This document shows, piece after piece, positions 27,593 to 36,759 of a stretch of 64,000 nt of DNA (position 1 is the first letter of the stretch; the number at the start of each line of letters is the position of its first letter). The translations under genes and the position numbers were made by a program. The notes under the pieces are model-generated. The model saw only the letters and a program-made list of their open reading frames with translations, made no database searches and had not been told where the DNA came from. This DNA is from a virus, in IMG/VR virus record IMGVR_UViG_3300045988_184227; one strand, written 5' to 3'.

Positions 27593-28597
27593 ATGGTTAA
27601 AAAGTCTAATGAAATTAAGGATCCTAAAATTGATGTTTTTAAACAATTGCAAACTTTTTCAAAAAAATCTGTTAGTGATGTGGCAACAATTTTGGAAAAC
27701 GACGAATCTTTTATGGGGGCGTTAAATACCTTAATTAAAAATTGTTCTTATTTTTTAAATCTCAAAAACGTTGATACTCAAGAAGGAAAATTGCTTGTTG
27801 AAAATTTAAATTTAGTTCCTGAACTAGAAAAAGCAATTGGTGAAATTACAATTTCATTTGATGAGCGGTTTGTGACAAGAAATAATTTTTACGTTCACGA
27901 AATTAAAAATTTAAAAATCAACATTCCCCAAAATACAAATCCCAATATCAAAACAATAATTACTGAAAGATTTTCAAAAGTAAAAGGTGATCTCTTAGAA
28001 ATTAATGTTTACGATATAAAAAAAAGCCCTTCACAACGAGCAAAAAAAAGTGAAATTGAAAATTTTTTACTTAAGAAAATTAAAAGAGGATTATATCCTT
28101 TTAATATTATTTTCCGTGATAAGTGGATTGAAACAACCACAAAACTTATTCCACTTTTGATTGACAATGATGGACAGCTTTACACAGATAAGAGTTATAA
28201 ATTTCAAAAGGAATGTATTAAATTCGGAAATTTACAAATTGGACTAAATACTTTAGGAACTTACTCTTCAAAATCAAACGGGCTGTTCTTTAATTATTTA
28301 TGTAATAATCTTGATCTTAATAAAAAACTCTTATTAGAATTTTATGCCGAAAAGATAATCAAATACGCAGTTAAAAAAGCCTCGGAAGTTTTAATTTTGA
28401 ACGATCCCTTTACAATTGATGATGTTCGAAAGGGTAACGCTAAACTTGAATTGATTTCTGATGAGAAAATAAAAGAGCGTCTTAAATTTAATCATAACGT
28501 ATTAGGTCTCAAAGATTTCATCAAAAATGAAAAAGATCCAAAACAAATCGAACGATTTGCTGAAATTATTGCAGAGTTGTTAAAGGGTAACGCCTAA
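27593..28597 (+). CDS. Paralog family A member 1 (unknown function)
   Basis: Shares NTNP, YPFNIIF, LLIDNDGQL and C-terminal DPKQIERFAEIIAELL motifs with 29921, 30878, 31944 and 33028. Confidence 0.6.
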   Translation: MVKKSNEIKDPKIDVFKQLQTFSKKSVSDVATILENDESFMGALNTLIKNCSYFLNLKNVDTQEGKLLVENLNLVPELEKAIGEITISFDERFVTRNNFYVHEIKNLKINIPQNTNPNIKTIITERFSKVKGDLLEINVYDIKKSPSQRAKKSEIENFLLKKIKRGLYPFNIIFRDKWIETTTKLIPLLIDNDGQLYTDKSYKFQKECIKFGNLQIGLNTLGTYSSKSNGLFFNYLCNNLDLNKKLLLEFYAEKIIKYAVKKASEVLILNDPFTIDDVRKGNAKLELISDEKIKERLKFNHNVLGLKDFIKNEKDPKQIERFAEIIAELLKGNA

Positions 28598-28680
28598 GAA
28601 AACTGAATTAATTCAGTTTTCTTTTTTTATAATTTTAAAAATAAATTACTGAGCAAGCTCAGAGAAAGAAGGAACCAACA

Positions 28681-29226
28681 ATGACAAAACAATTTAAAGC
28701 TCAAAAGAAATCTATCGAAACATTCGCTCTCCAATATGATGGTCATAACACTGAATTGGTATTGGATTTGTTAAATAAAAACAAATCAGAACCGGCTATT
28801 CTCGAAGAAAAATCAAAAACCATTTTGATTACTAAAACTTTTGGGGATAAAAAACAACCAATTTCATTACCGGTGAATAATTGGATTTTATTAGATGTTG
28901 ACGGAGTATCTTACTGGTCTGTCGATCCTGAAATTTTCTCTAAAACATACGAAAAAGTTGAGGGAGATACTTACAAAAAAGTACCAATTCAGATCGATGT
29001 GATTGAATTTTCTTCTTTAAAAGATGAAGACATCCAGGATGTTCTGAATTTCATTGGAGAAGCAACTCAAACGACTGAATCAGTCAAAGAAGTGGGGTAT
29101 ATTTCAATTGACACTCTAGAAGGCAAGGAAAATATGTTTCAAACAGATATTCTTGCTCGTGGGGTAAAGGGCGAACTTTACCCAATTAAAAAAGAAAACT
29201 TCGATATCATTTTTGAAGTTTTGTAA
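28681..29226 (+). CDS. Hypothetical protein
   Basis: Own leader with CTGAGCAAGCTCAG palindrome plus SD. Terminator at 29238-29268. Confidence 0.5.
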   Translation: MTKQFKAQKKSIETFALQYDGHNTELVLDLLNKNKSEPAILEEKSKTILITKTFGDKKQPISLPVNNWILLDVDGVSYWSVDPEIFSKTYEKVEGDTYKKVPIQIDVIEFSSLKDEDIQDVLNFIGEATQTTESVKEVGYISIDTLEGKENMFQTDILARGVKGELYPIKKENFDIIFEVL

Positions 29227-29328
29227 ATAAAATTGAAGGGCACACGAGTGTCCTTTTATTTTTATTCTATAATTAATTCAGAATTAAAATAAATCCGATC
29301 AACTTAATCGGGGAAAGAAGGAAATAAT

Positions 29329-29826
29329 ATGACAAATTTTGACAAAAAAGCAGCTGTTGATATGCTAAAAAAATCAACATCAGTTCGCAAGTCTATTATG
29401 GCTATGCGTAACCGTGTGGTAAACATCACTAATGATTTTAATAAATCGAAAGTGGTGAAAAATCACACAAACTCACCAATGTTTATCGTCGGTTCTGCCG
29501 CAACCGACACTAATTTTAACATTGGTGAAGATCTTTTAGCAAAAGCGCTAAAAGACTCCAAAGGTTCTCTTGGAACTACAAAGACATTATTTTTAATGTC
29601 TGTTAATGGAGTGATTAAACCAATCACAAATCCATTCTTTGGAGTGGTTCGTGATGGCGATGTTGTTAACCGCCTTCACCCACTACTCGGATCTATTGTT
29701 GTCGACTTCGATAACAAAGATCATTCAAAATTGTTCATCGATTTTGCGTTCAACAAAAACGGAGTTGGTTTCAACGATGTTATTGACGCATTGGCTGACG
29801 ATGTTGTCAAGTTGATGAATAAATAA
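29329..29826 (+). CDS. Hypothetical protein
   Basis: Leader CCGATCAACTTAATCGG palindrome plus SD. Terminator at 29829-29856. Confidence 0.5.
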   Translation: MTNFDKKAAVDMLKKSTSVRKSIMAMRNRVVNITNDFNKSKVVKNHTNSPMFIVGSAATDTNFNIGEDLLAKALKDSKGSLGTTKTLFLMSVNGVIKPITNPFFGVVRDGDVVNRLHPLLGSIVVDFDNKDHSKLFIDFAFNKNGVGFNDVIDALADDVVKLMNK

Positions 29827-29920
29827 AAAACGAGGGGCGGCACCCTCTTTTTTTATTGAAAAAAAGTACGAATTTTGATATAATAAATTAAAAGAATAAA
29901 AAAAGAAAGAAGGTTTTACA

Positions 29921-30787
29921 ATGACAGCAAAACTTAATAAAAAGCTAGAATTTTTACGTAGCGGAAGCGAGCAGGATCTCCTGAAAGAGTTCAAGAAGAA
30001 CAAAGCTCTTATCAAACGCTTGGGTACTGTTAGACAAAAATTCGATGAGGTTTTTGAAGAGGCTAAAGAGCGTGCCCGGTTAGATAACAGTCGAAAGGGA
30101 GATAATGGAATTATTATGTTCCACGACAATCCGGAATTGATTTTTGAATTTCTTGAAACTATCCAAAAAATGAAAATTGAAGTTGATTACCAAAAGGACG
30201 AATTGGTTCTTGGTATGTTTGATACATTCGGATTTAAATCAGAACCAAAAACAAAACACACATCAAACGATTTTGAAATGGAATTTCCCGGATATAGAAT
30301 CAAAAACATAATGATTACATTCCCTGAAAACACAAATCCGAAAATTTCTGACTACATCATCAATATTTCAAAAAATCTTGATGATATTGAAGAAAATTTC
30401 ATTATGGAAGATCGAACTTTTTATTATTCTCCTTTTGAGAAGGATGAAAAAAAACGGGTTTGTGATTCTATTCGATCAATGATTAACAATCAGGGTAATA
30501 TAACATCTTTACTTTACAAATATCGTCCAAGTATTGTAACAGTTAGAATTACTTTATCTGTAGATAAAGATGGTAAATTATTTGTTACAAATAATAAAAA
30601 TCGAACTACTATTTTGGATTTTAATTTGTTTGTCGTGAGTAACGCACCTCATTTTATAGTAAATGCAATCGACCCAGATATCAACAATGATTTCTTTGAC
30701 TATACTTTTAGAAAAATTTCAGAAGATGATTTCTTGTTGAAGTTAATAAAAATCTTCAAAAAAGAAGCTAAAAAAGCTCTCTTCTAA
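29921..30787 (+). CDS. Paralog family A member 2 (divergent, shorter)
   Basis: DNPELIFEFLETIQKMKIEVDY and FPENTNPKISD motifs align to the other family A members. Confidence 0.55.
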   Translation: MTAKLNKKLEFLRSGSEQDLLKEFKKNKALIKRLGTVRQKFDEVFEEAKERARLDNSRKGDNGIIMFHDNPELIFEFLETIQKMKIEVDYQKDELVLGMFDTFGFKSEPKTKHTSNDFEMEFPGYRIKNIMITFPENTNPKISDYIINISKNLDDIEENFIMEDRTFYYSPFEKDEKKRVCDSIRSMINNQGNITSLLYKYRPSIVTVRITLSVDKDGKLFVTNNKNRTTILDFNLFVVSNAPHFIVNAIDPDINNDFFDYTFRKISEDDFLLKLIKIFKKEAKKALF

Positions 30788-30877
30788 GAAGTAGACGCAG
30801 AGATTGAGAGAGTTGATTTTTGTAATCAATTCTCTTTTATAATTAAAGAAAAATATATAGAGAAAGAAGGTGCTCGA

Positions 30878-31837
30878 ATGAAAAGTTCGAAAGATAATAA
30901 CAATGAAGTTTTAGATTTATCTTTGTCACTTAAGAATATTGCAAAAATGAGTGATGAGGATATTTTATCAAAAATAGGTGAGGCTAAAATTGTAAAAGAA
31001 ATCTATGATGAATTTGCAGATTTGTACGCACGATTGAATTACACTGATGATTTTGCAAAGATGTTTGCTGAAAAACCGGAATTAATCTTTGAGTATGAGA
31101 AAGCGATTAAGGATTTAAAATTTGATTTTAATATCGTCGAAAACTCAAGCAATACTTTTGAAGTTGGCAAGTATGTTTCTGTAATATTTCCAGAAAAGAT
31201 TCGTAGAGAATTTAAGGATAAAATTAATACTAAAGTTAAGGAAATTTCCAATGGTTTTAGTTGGGAACATTTTACAGTTTCATTTCGTGTGAACTCGAAA
31301 TATGACTCTGAAGATAAAGTCGTAACCTCTTTATCTAAGTATTTGAAAGAAAAATTATCCTTTACTAACCACATCTATCATTCTGAAAAATCGTCACATC
31401 ACTATCTTAAAACAACTACTGTTTATCTTGATAAAAATAAAATTTTATCTTTGGACTTCAAACATCATCTTATTGTTTTATTAAATTTGAAGATTGGCGT
31501 TAACGATAAAAACAATTTTTTATCTCGTGATAATAAGTTATTTTTAAAAGCGTTTATTAACGATGAAGATGATGGAATTTTATTAAAAGATTATTGTGAT
31601 AAAGTTAGAAAAAAGGCTCTAGAATTAAGCGCAAAATTTTTAATTGAAGAGGATATCTTTTCCTTTAAAGATTTAGAAGCTAGAACAGCCTCATTAGACT
31701 ATTTCACTGATAAAAAAATAAAAAGCGAATTGCGTTACAATAATAACTTCTGTGCTATTAAAGAACTTTTGTATAACGAATCAAAAGAAAATAAAAAACG
31801 TTTCGCTGATATTATTACAGAATTATTGTTAGAATAG
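30878..31837 (+). CDS. Paralog family A member 3
   Basis: EKPELIFEYEKAIKDLKFDF and C-terminal KKRFADIITELLLE. Terminator at 31860-31890. Confidence 0.6.
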   Translation: MKSSKDNNNEVLDLSLSLKNIAKMSDEDILSKIGEAKIVKEIYDEFADLYARLNYTDDFAKMFAEKPELIFEYEKAIKDLKFDFNIVENSSNTFEVGKYVSVIFPEKIRREFKDKINTKVKEISNGFSWEHFTVSFRVNSKYDSEDKVVTSLSKYLKEKLSFTNHIYHSEKSSHHYLKTTTVYLDKNKILSLDFKHHLIVLLNLKIGVNDKNNFLSRDNKLFLKAFINDEDDGILLKDYCDKVRKKALELSAKFLIEEDIFSFKDLEARTASLDYFTDKKIKSELRYNNNFCAIKELLYNESKENKKRFADIITELLLE

Positions 31838-31886
31838 CTGTATTACTTTAAGTTTTTAACAGACCGACATTAATGTCGGTCTGTTC

Positions 31887-31935
31887 TGTTATAATTTAAG
31901 AAATATTTGAAAACTGTAATAGTTTTAGAAAGAAG
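31887..31935 (+). promoter_or_regulatory. Cassette leader: TGtTATAATTTAAGAAAT promoter, AAAACTGTAATAGTTTT palindrome, AGAAAGAAGG SD
   Basis: TATAAT at 31890-31895 with an extended TG. Palindrome at 31909-31925. SD at 31926-31935. ATG at 31944. Confidence 0.6.
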
Positions 31936-31943
31936 GTGAAAAA

Positions 31944-32963
31944 ATGGTAAAGACTACCAAAGATGAAACAAACTTTATCAATTTAGTTAATAGGATGAAG
32001 GTTCTTGCTAATAAGAGTGTTGAAGAAATTTACGAAGACTTACTTGATAACGATCCGTTCAACAATGCTATTGATTATATTTTGACTTGTTTGCGCTCAT
32101 CTTTAAAATCAAATTCAAAAGATAGGGATATTCGTTTATTAGCTAACAATCCTCATCTTATATTAGAATATGACAAGATTGTAAGTGAACTTGAAATTTC
32201 TTGTGATTTTGAAGACGGGCCTTATTCTATCATATCATCTCCCTGGAGTAATGATACTTACGAGACAATTTTAATTAAAAATCTTTTAGTAAGTGATATT
32301 CCATCTGATATCAATAAGAAGATGAGTTTATCGCTAGAAAAACGGATTCAAATTGCAAAGAGAAAGGTTTCTCTTATAAAGAAAATAGATCTCAACATTG
32401 ATCCATATAATAGTGAGACTCCAGAAGAAGTAACCCACAATGACGTTATTTCTAAGGTATCAAAAATGATGAAGGAAGAGTTATCTCCATTCAATATATT
32501 TCTCGGTATTGAAAGGTTTTCTAAACATATTTCTTTATTTGTTGATAGTGATGGCAATTTAGGCAATGTTTTCGAATCCAACACACAAGATTACACAAGG
32601 TTTTGTGATGTTGATGTCTATTTATACCCAAGAAGTCCAGATCTTTTAAAAACATCTTACATCAAAATGTTGGAAGATAGATATGGAGATTCTTATGATG
32701 ACATTGTTATATATTATGCAAAAATAATCAAACTAGAAGCTGAGATGTACCTATCCAAACTTTTGCTTGGTGGTAATAAATTTACTCTTGACAATGTTAA
32801 AACCGGGCAGTACGGGCTTGGTATTCTAAGCGAAGGAAGAATTGAGGATGAGATTCGCAATCGTGTTGCATTTAAACAGCTAAAATCTCTAATCCAGTAC
32901 GAAAATGATCCTGAACAGAGAAAAAGATTTGCAGAGGCTGTCTCCAGATTATTACAAGAATAG
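31944..32963 (+). CDS. Paralog family A member 4
   Basis: NNPHLILEYDKIV, SPFNIFLGI, LFVDSDGNL and DPEQRKRFAEAVSRLLQE. Confidence 0.6.
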   Translation: MVKTTKDETNFINLVNRMKVLANKSVEEIYEDLLDNDPFNNAIDYILTCLRSSLKSNSKDRDIRLLANNPHLILEYDKIVSELEISCDFEDGPYSIISSPWSNDTYETILIKNLLVSDIPSDINKKMSLSLEKRIQIAKRKVSLIKKIDLNIDPYNSETPEEVTHNDVISKVSKMMKEELSPFNIFLGIERFSKHISLFVDSDGNLGNVFESNTQDYTRFCDVDVYLYPRSPDLLKTSYIKMLEDRYGDSYDDIVIYYAKIIKLEAEMYLSKLLLGGNKFTLDNVKTGQYGLGILSEGRIEDEIRNRVAFKQLKSLIQYENDPEQRKRFAEAVSRLLQE

Positions 32964-33027
32964 AGAGGTACCTCTCTATTCTTTTCTTATAATTTAAAAA
33001 AATAAAAATTTTAGAAAGAAGGAAAAA

Positions 33028-34071
33028 ATGGTAATTAAAACAAAAGAAGATGATGATAATCAATTTATTAATCTAATGAATGCTGCAAAAAATCTAGCAA
33101 AAATAGATACATCTGAAATTGTTAAAGTTTTAAGGAAAAATAGAGCATTTAACTTAAAAATGGAAGATATTTTATGCAAAATTAAATCAAATTTCAAAAC
33201 TAATAGTAATGATCGAGATATTCGTTTGTTCGCAAACAATCCTCATCTCATCATTCAGCACGATGAAATAGTAGAAAATTTAGTTTTTGATATTGATTAT
33301 AGATTCTTTGATTCAAAGACAAATTTCAAACCTGGCGGTAAACTTGGTAGAGATCATAGATATCTATTGGAAATTACAAAATTAAATATTACAGGAGTTC
33401 CTGATGATATTAATAAAAAAATGTATCTTTTTTTAACAAAAAACATTAAGAAGCTTGAGGTTGAGACGGCATATATTTTTAATAATCTTATTAACACCAG
33501 AAATCCTAGTGTTGAACTTGATAGAGAAGAAACTATAAATAGAATTTCAAAATATCTTGCAAAAAAACTATCAGTTTTCAATCAATTTAATTTTGATTCA
33601 AATTTAGGTTCTTATACAATAGAATTTTATATTGATTCAAATGGTGAACTATCACTCTATCATACAACTGACTCCTCCAAAGTTGGTCATCACAAAATAA
33701 AGTTATCAACTAAGGATTTTTCAACAAGCTGGATGAATAAAAATTTAATTCAGATGTTAATCGACCCTCGTGGTGAAGGTTATGAAAATATTTTAGAATA
33801 TTATGCGAAAAAAGCAAAGGAAGATTTTGAGGATTATTATAAAAAAATTCTACTTTCCGAAGATTGTTTTGAATTTAAAGACTTTCTATCCCAAAAGCAG
33901 CCGATTTGGCTTATAAGTGATGAGGAATTAAAATCTGGATTGATAGATAATGATTCGATGATGAAATTAATAAATATGTTTCAATTCAAATGTGATCCTG
34001 AACAAAAGAAGAGGGTTATTCGGATTGTCTCTGAAATTTTAGAAGATATGGATAGTATTCTTCCGTTTTAA
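33028..34071 (+). CDS. Paralog family A member 5
   Basis: NNPHLIIQHDEIV, FYIDSNGEL and DPEQKKRVIRIVSEILE. Confidence 0.6.
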   Translation: MVIKTKEDDDNQFINLMNAAKNLAKIDTSEIVKVLRKNRAFNLKMEDILCKIKSNFKTNSNDRDIRLFANNPHLIIQHDEIVENLVFDIDYRFFDSKTNFKPGGKLGRDHRYLLEITKLNITGVPDDINKKMYLFLTKNIKKLEVETAYIFNNLINTRNPSVELDREETINRISKYLAKKLSVFNQFNFDSNLGSYTIEFYIDSNGELSLYHTTDSSKVGHHKIKLSTKDFSTSWMNKNLIQMLIDPRGEGYENILEYYAKKAKEDFEDYYKKILLSEDCFEFKDFLSQKQPIWLISDEELKSGLIDNDSMMKLINMFQFKCDPEQKKRVIRIVSEILEDMDSILPF

Positions 34072-34167
34072 AAGAGAATAGAGAGTTATACCTCTATTCT
34101 TTTTATTTTTCTTATAATTTAATAAAAAATTCCTAGCAAAGCTAGAGATAGAAAGAAGGTAGCTATT

Positions 34168-36162
34168 ATGGCTAAAGATATTAACAAACCAATTGTTTTT
34201 GTAGATATCATTCTACTGAAACATCATACAGTCGCAACATTTTCTGAACTTGATTCAGATGAGAAGTATGTGTCTGTAATTGGTGGAAAAATTAAACAAG
34301 CGGAGATTTACAAGAACGGAGCTAAATATTTAGATTCCAAAGCCTTGTACAATTACCTGTACAACAAACGTGTAATTTTTTGGAACGGTAAGTTTCTAGA
34401 TTCTTACATTTTACCACTTGTTTCTCAAGGGAAAAATCAAAGTGATATTGATTGGTTGCACGAACAGCTTACTGTTAAACGTGTAAAACCTTGGAAACTA
34501 ACACCAGCTCCAAAACAAACATACGGCTTCTTTGATATTGCAAACTTATTGCAACAAGGAACAACCTTAGAGGAAGTTGCCGGACGTATGGGCTTATCAA
34601 TTTCTGAGCCGGATGTGTATTTAAAAACAAAGAAAAAGTTGAGTGAAGAAAAACTTTTGAAAGTTGTTATTTATTCAATGAATCGTTCTTCAAATATGAA
34701 GGTTGTGTTTAAACATCCTTATATTACGGCTGGTTACAAACAACATCTTGCAATGATTGATCGATATCTTGACGGGAAAGAACATCTCTTTTCCAAAACA
34801 GGTGCGCAATTAGCAACTGATGGTATCACACGCAACGGGCAATTCAAAAACCACAAGGATAAAAAGTTCGACTGGAAATTTAATGGTCGTAACGTATTGG
34901 ATTTTATTCCTGACGGGTGGAAAGAAGAACTGAAACGTTATCAGGCTGAAATGGAAGCTGCGATGGATAAGTACTTGGAAATTATTGCTTCAGGCGGTCA
35001 TATCTTTGAAGCCGAAAAGGTGTTCAAAGAAGTTTCTTTCCCAAGCTATAAATTTACAATTGATAATAAATTGGAAATTTCATCCTCTGGTGGTGGTTTG
35101 CATACTAAACGACTAGATACGGTTTGTGTCCGGAAAGAAAATGTTCACCACGATGATGTGGAAGGTGCTTACACTGAAATTATTCTAGCGAAGGACATCT
35201 TTAGTCCCGAAATCGCCGGAATTTACCGTGGGTACAAAGAGGACAAGTTTGCTTACAAAAAAGCAAAGAAACTTATCGAAAAAGCAAACAATGAAGGTTT
35301 CCTTGATTTGTTTGAGCTTAAAGAGCAGATCAAAGAGTTTGGAATTGATATCGATGATGAAGTCAAATCTATTTCAGATCTTGTGACTGTAATTACGGAA
35401 GGTGTTGAGGCTAGTAAATTAGCGACTAATGAACCTACCGGGAATGCAGACCGGAACGGAACACCAATCTACAACCCAATTGGTATGATCCAAGGCCGTA
35501 TCATCCTTCAAATTCTTCTATTCAACCTTGTTACACGTATCTTGCGTGCAGGTGGTGAAGTTTGGAGTGCAAATACTGATGGAGTGTTTTGGACTTCAGA
35601 TAAGGACATCACAAGTGTTGTTCGTGAATGGGAAGAGTTCTGGGGTATGAAAATCGGATCTGAGATGATTGATTTGTATATTGCAAAATCAGATAACGAT
35701 CGTATCCTAGTAAATGACGGTGTATTAGTTGAGGCTAAAGGTGATGATCTCGTTCACCATCAACTTTCAAACCTCAAAAAGCTCGGAACAAAACCTCGAG
35801 TTGTTGATAAAGTTATTTTACAAAAACTTTTGAATCCGGAGGAAGAATTGCTTGATTTGTTAGATAAAGAAATCAAATCTGGAAATGTTTCAGAGTTTGC
35901 ATTTGTATCAAAAGCACAACGAGAAACAAGAACTGTTTTTGATTTGAAGTTAGCTCCTCGTATCAATCGATTCTTGCTGACCGAATCCGGAGAGCGTGTT
36001 CAGAGTTACAGTATGAAAACTGGTCAACTTGGCAAGGTAACAAACGTACCTGAATCTCCGGTTACACTCTATAACGATAAACTTCCAGAAGAACTACCAA
36101 AGAATCTCAACAAACAGGCTTACCTGGATTTGATTAAGAATGTATATTCTCACTGGATTTAA
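34168..36162 (+). CDS. Putative primase-polymerase / replication protein (AEP-like motifs)
   Basis: SSGGGLHTKRL resembles AEP motif II (sGxGxH). SANTDGVFW resembles a catalytic D motif. It sits in the replication-gene neighbourhood. Assignment is tentative. Confidence 0.4.
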   Translation: MAKDINKPIVFVDIILLKHHTVATFSELDSDEKYVSVIGGKIKQAEIYKNGAKYLDSKALYNYLYNKRVIFWNGKFLDSYILPLVSQGKNQSDIDWLHEQLTVKRVKPWKLTPAPKQTYGFFDIANLLQQGTTLEEVAGRMGLSISEPDVYLKTKKKLSEEKLLKVVIYSMNRSSNMKVVFKHPYITAGYKQHLAMIDRYLDGKEHLFSKTGAQLATDGITRNGQFKNHKDKKFDWKFNGRNVLDFIPDGWKEELKRYQAEMEAAMDKYLEIIASGGHIFEAEKVFKEVSFPSYKFTIDNKLEISSSGGGLHTKRLDTVCVRKENVHHDDVEGAYTEIILAKDIFSPEIAGIYRGYKEDKFAYKKAKKLIEKANNEGFLDLFELKEQIKEFGIDIDDEVKSISDLVTVITEGVEASKLATNEPTGNADRNGTPIYNPIGMIQGRIILQILLFNLVTRILRAGGEVWSANTDGVFWTSDKDITSVVREWEEFWGMKIGSEMIDLYIAKSDNDRILVNDGVLVEAKGDDLVHHQLSNLKKLGTKPRVVDKVILQKLLNPEEELLDLLDKEIKSGNVSEFAFVSKAQRETRTVFDLKLAPRINRFLLTESGERVQSYSMKTGQLGKVTNVPESPVTLYNDKLPEELPKNLNKQAYLDLIKNVYSHWI

Positions 36163-36171
36163 TAAAGAAAA

Positions 36172-36205
36172 AGGGGTTCTAAAACTCCTTTTTTATTTTC
36201 AATAA
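36172..36205 (+). terminator. Rho-independent terminator after the primase-polymerase candidate
   Basis: GGGGTTCTAAAACTCC hairpin followed by TTTTTTATTTT. Confidence 0.6.
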
Positions 36206-36265
36206 AAGTAAAAAAATAACCCCTAACCCAGGGATTATTTTTTGATCTTGCAAGATTTAGTAATC

Positions 36266-36640
36266 TTATGAGAAGATTACTTGTGGGAAGTAGTCCCCAG
36301 TGGCACGATCAAAGTGCCACAATGTAAGGGGAATCCCTTTGTGTGCAGCAAGTTTGATTACTGCCGCAGTCAAGGAAGTCAAACCTGTAACGTACAGGTC
36401 GATTCCCTTGTCGGACTCCCAAACAACTTGGTCGCCCATTGATAGTTCTGCATTAGCCAATGTAGTTTTTGCTACTCGTTCAAAACTGAGTAGTGGCAAG
36501 ATGGCCTCTGCTGCCATCTTATCCATAGCTTTGACGTCTGTTACGTCGTTTATGTTAGATGGAAATACAAATCCATCCATCGCAGGCATTCCTTCTCCTG
36601 CGTGACGGTCTGTAAGACCGAGTTTGATAAATTGTTTCAT
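36266..36640 (-). CDS. Hypothetical protein, GC-rich relative to its surroundings
   Basis: About 48% GC locally versus about 33% in flanking sequence. No confident motif. Confidence 0.5.
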   Translation of the reverse strand: MKQFIKLGLTDRHAGEGMPAMDGFVFPSNINDVTDVKAMDKMAAEAILPLLSFERVAKTTLANAELSMGDQVVWESDKGIDLYVTGLTSLTAAVIKLAAHKGIPLTLWHFDRATGDYFPQVIFS

Positions 36641-36759
36641 TTTATTTCTCCTTCTTTACCAGACTTGTCTGGATTTTTTTTAATTATTTGTAAAAATTAT
36701 AGAATCTAAAAGTTAGAGAAAAAAATAAAAAGAGGATCAAACCTCTTTTTATGCTTTCA

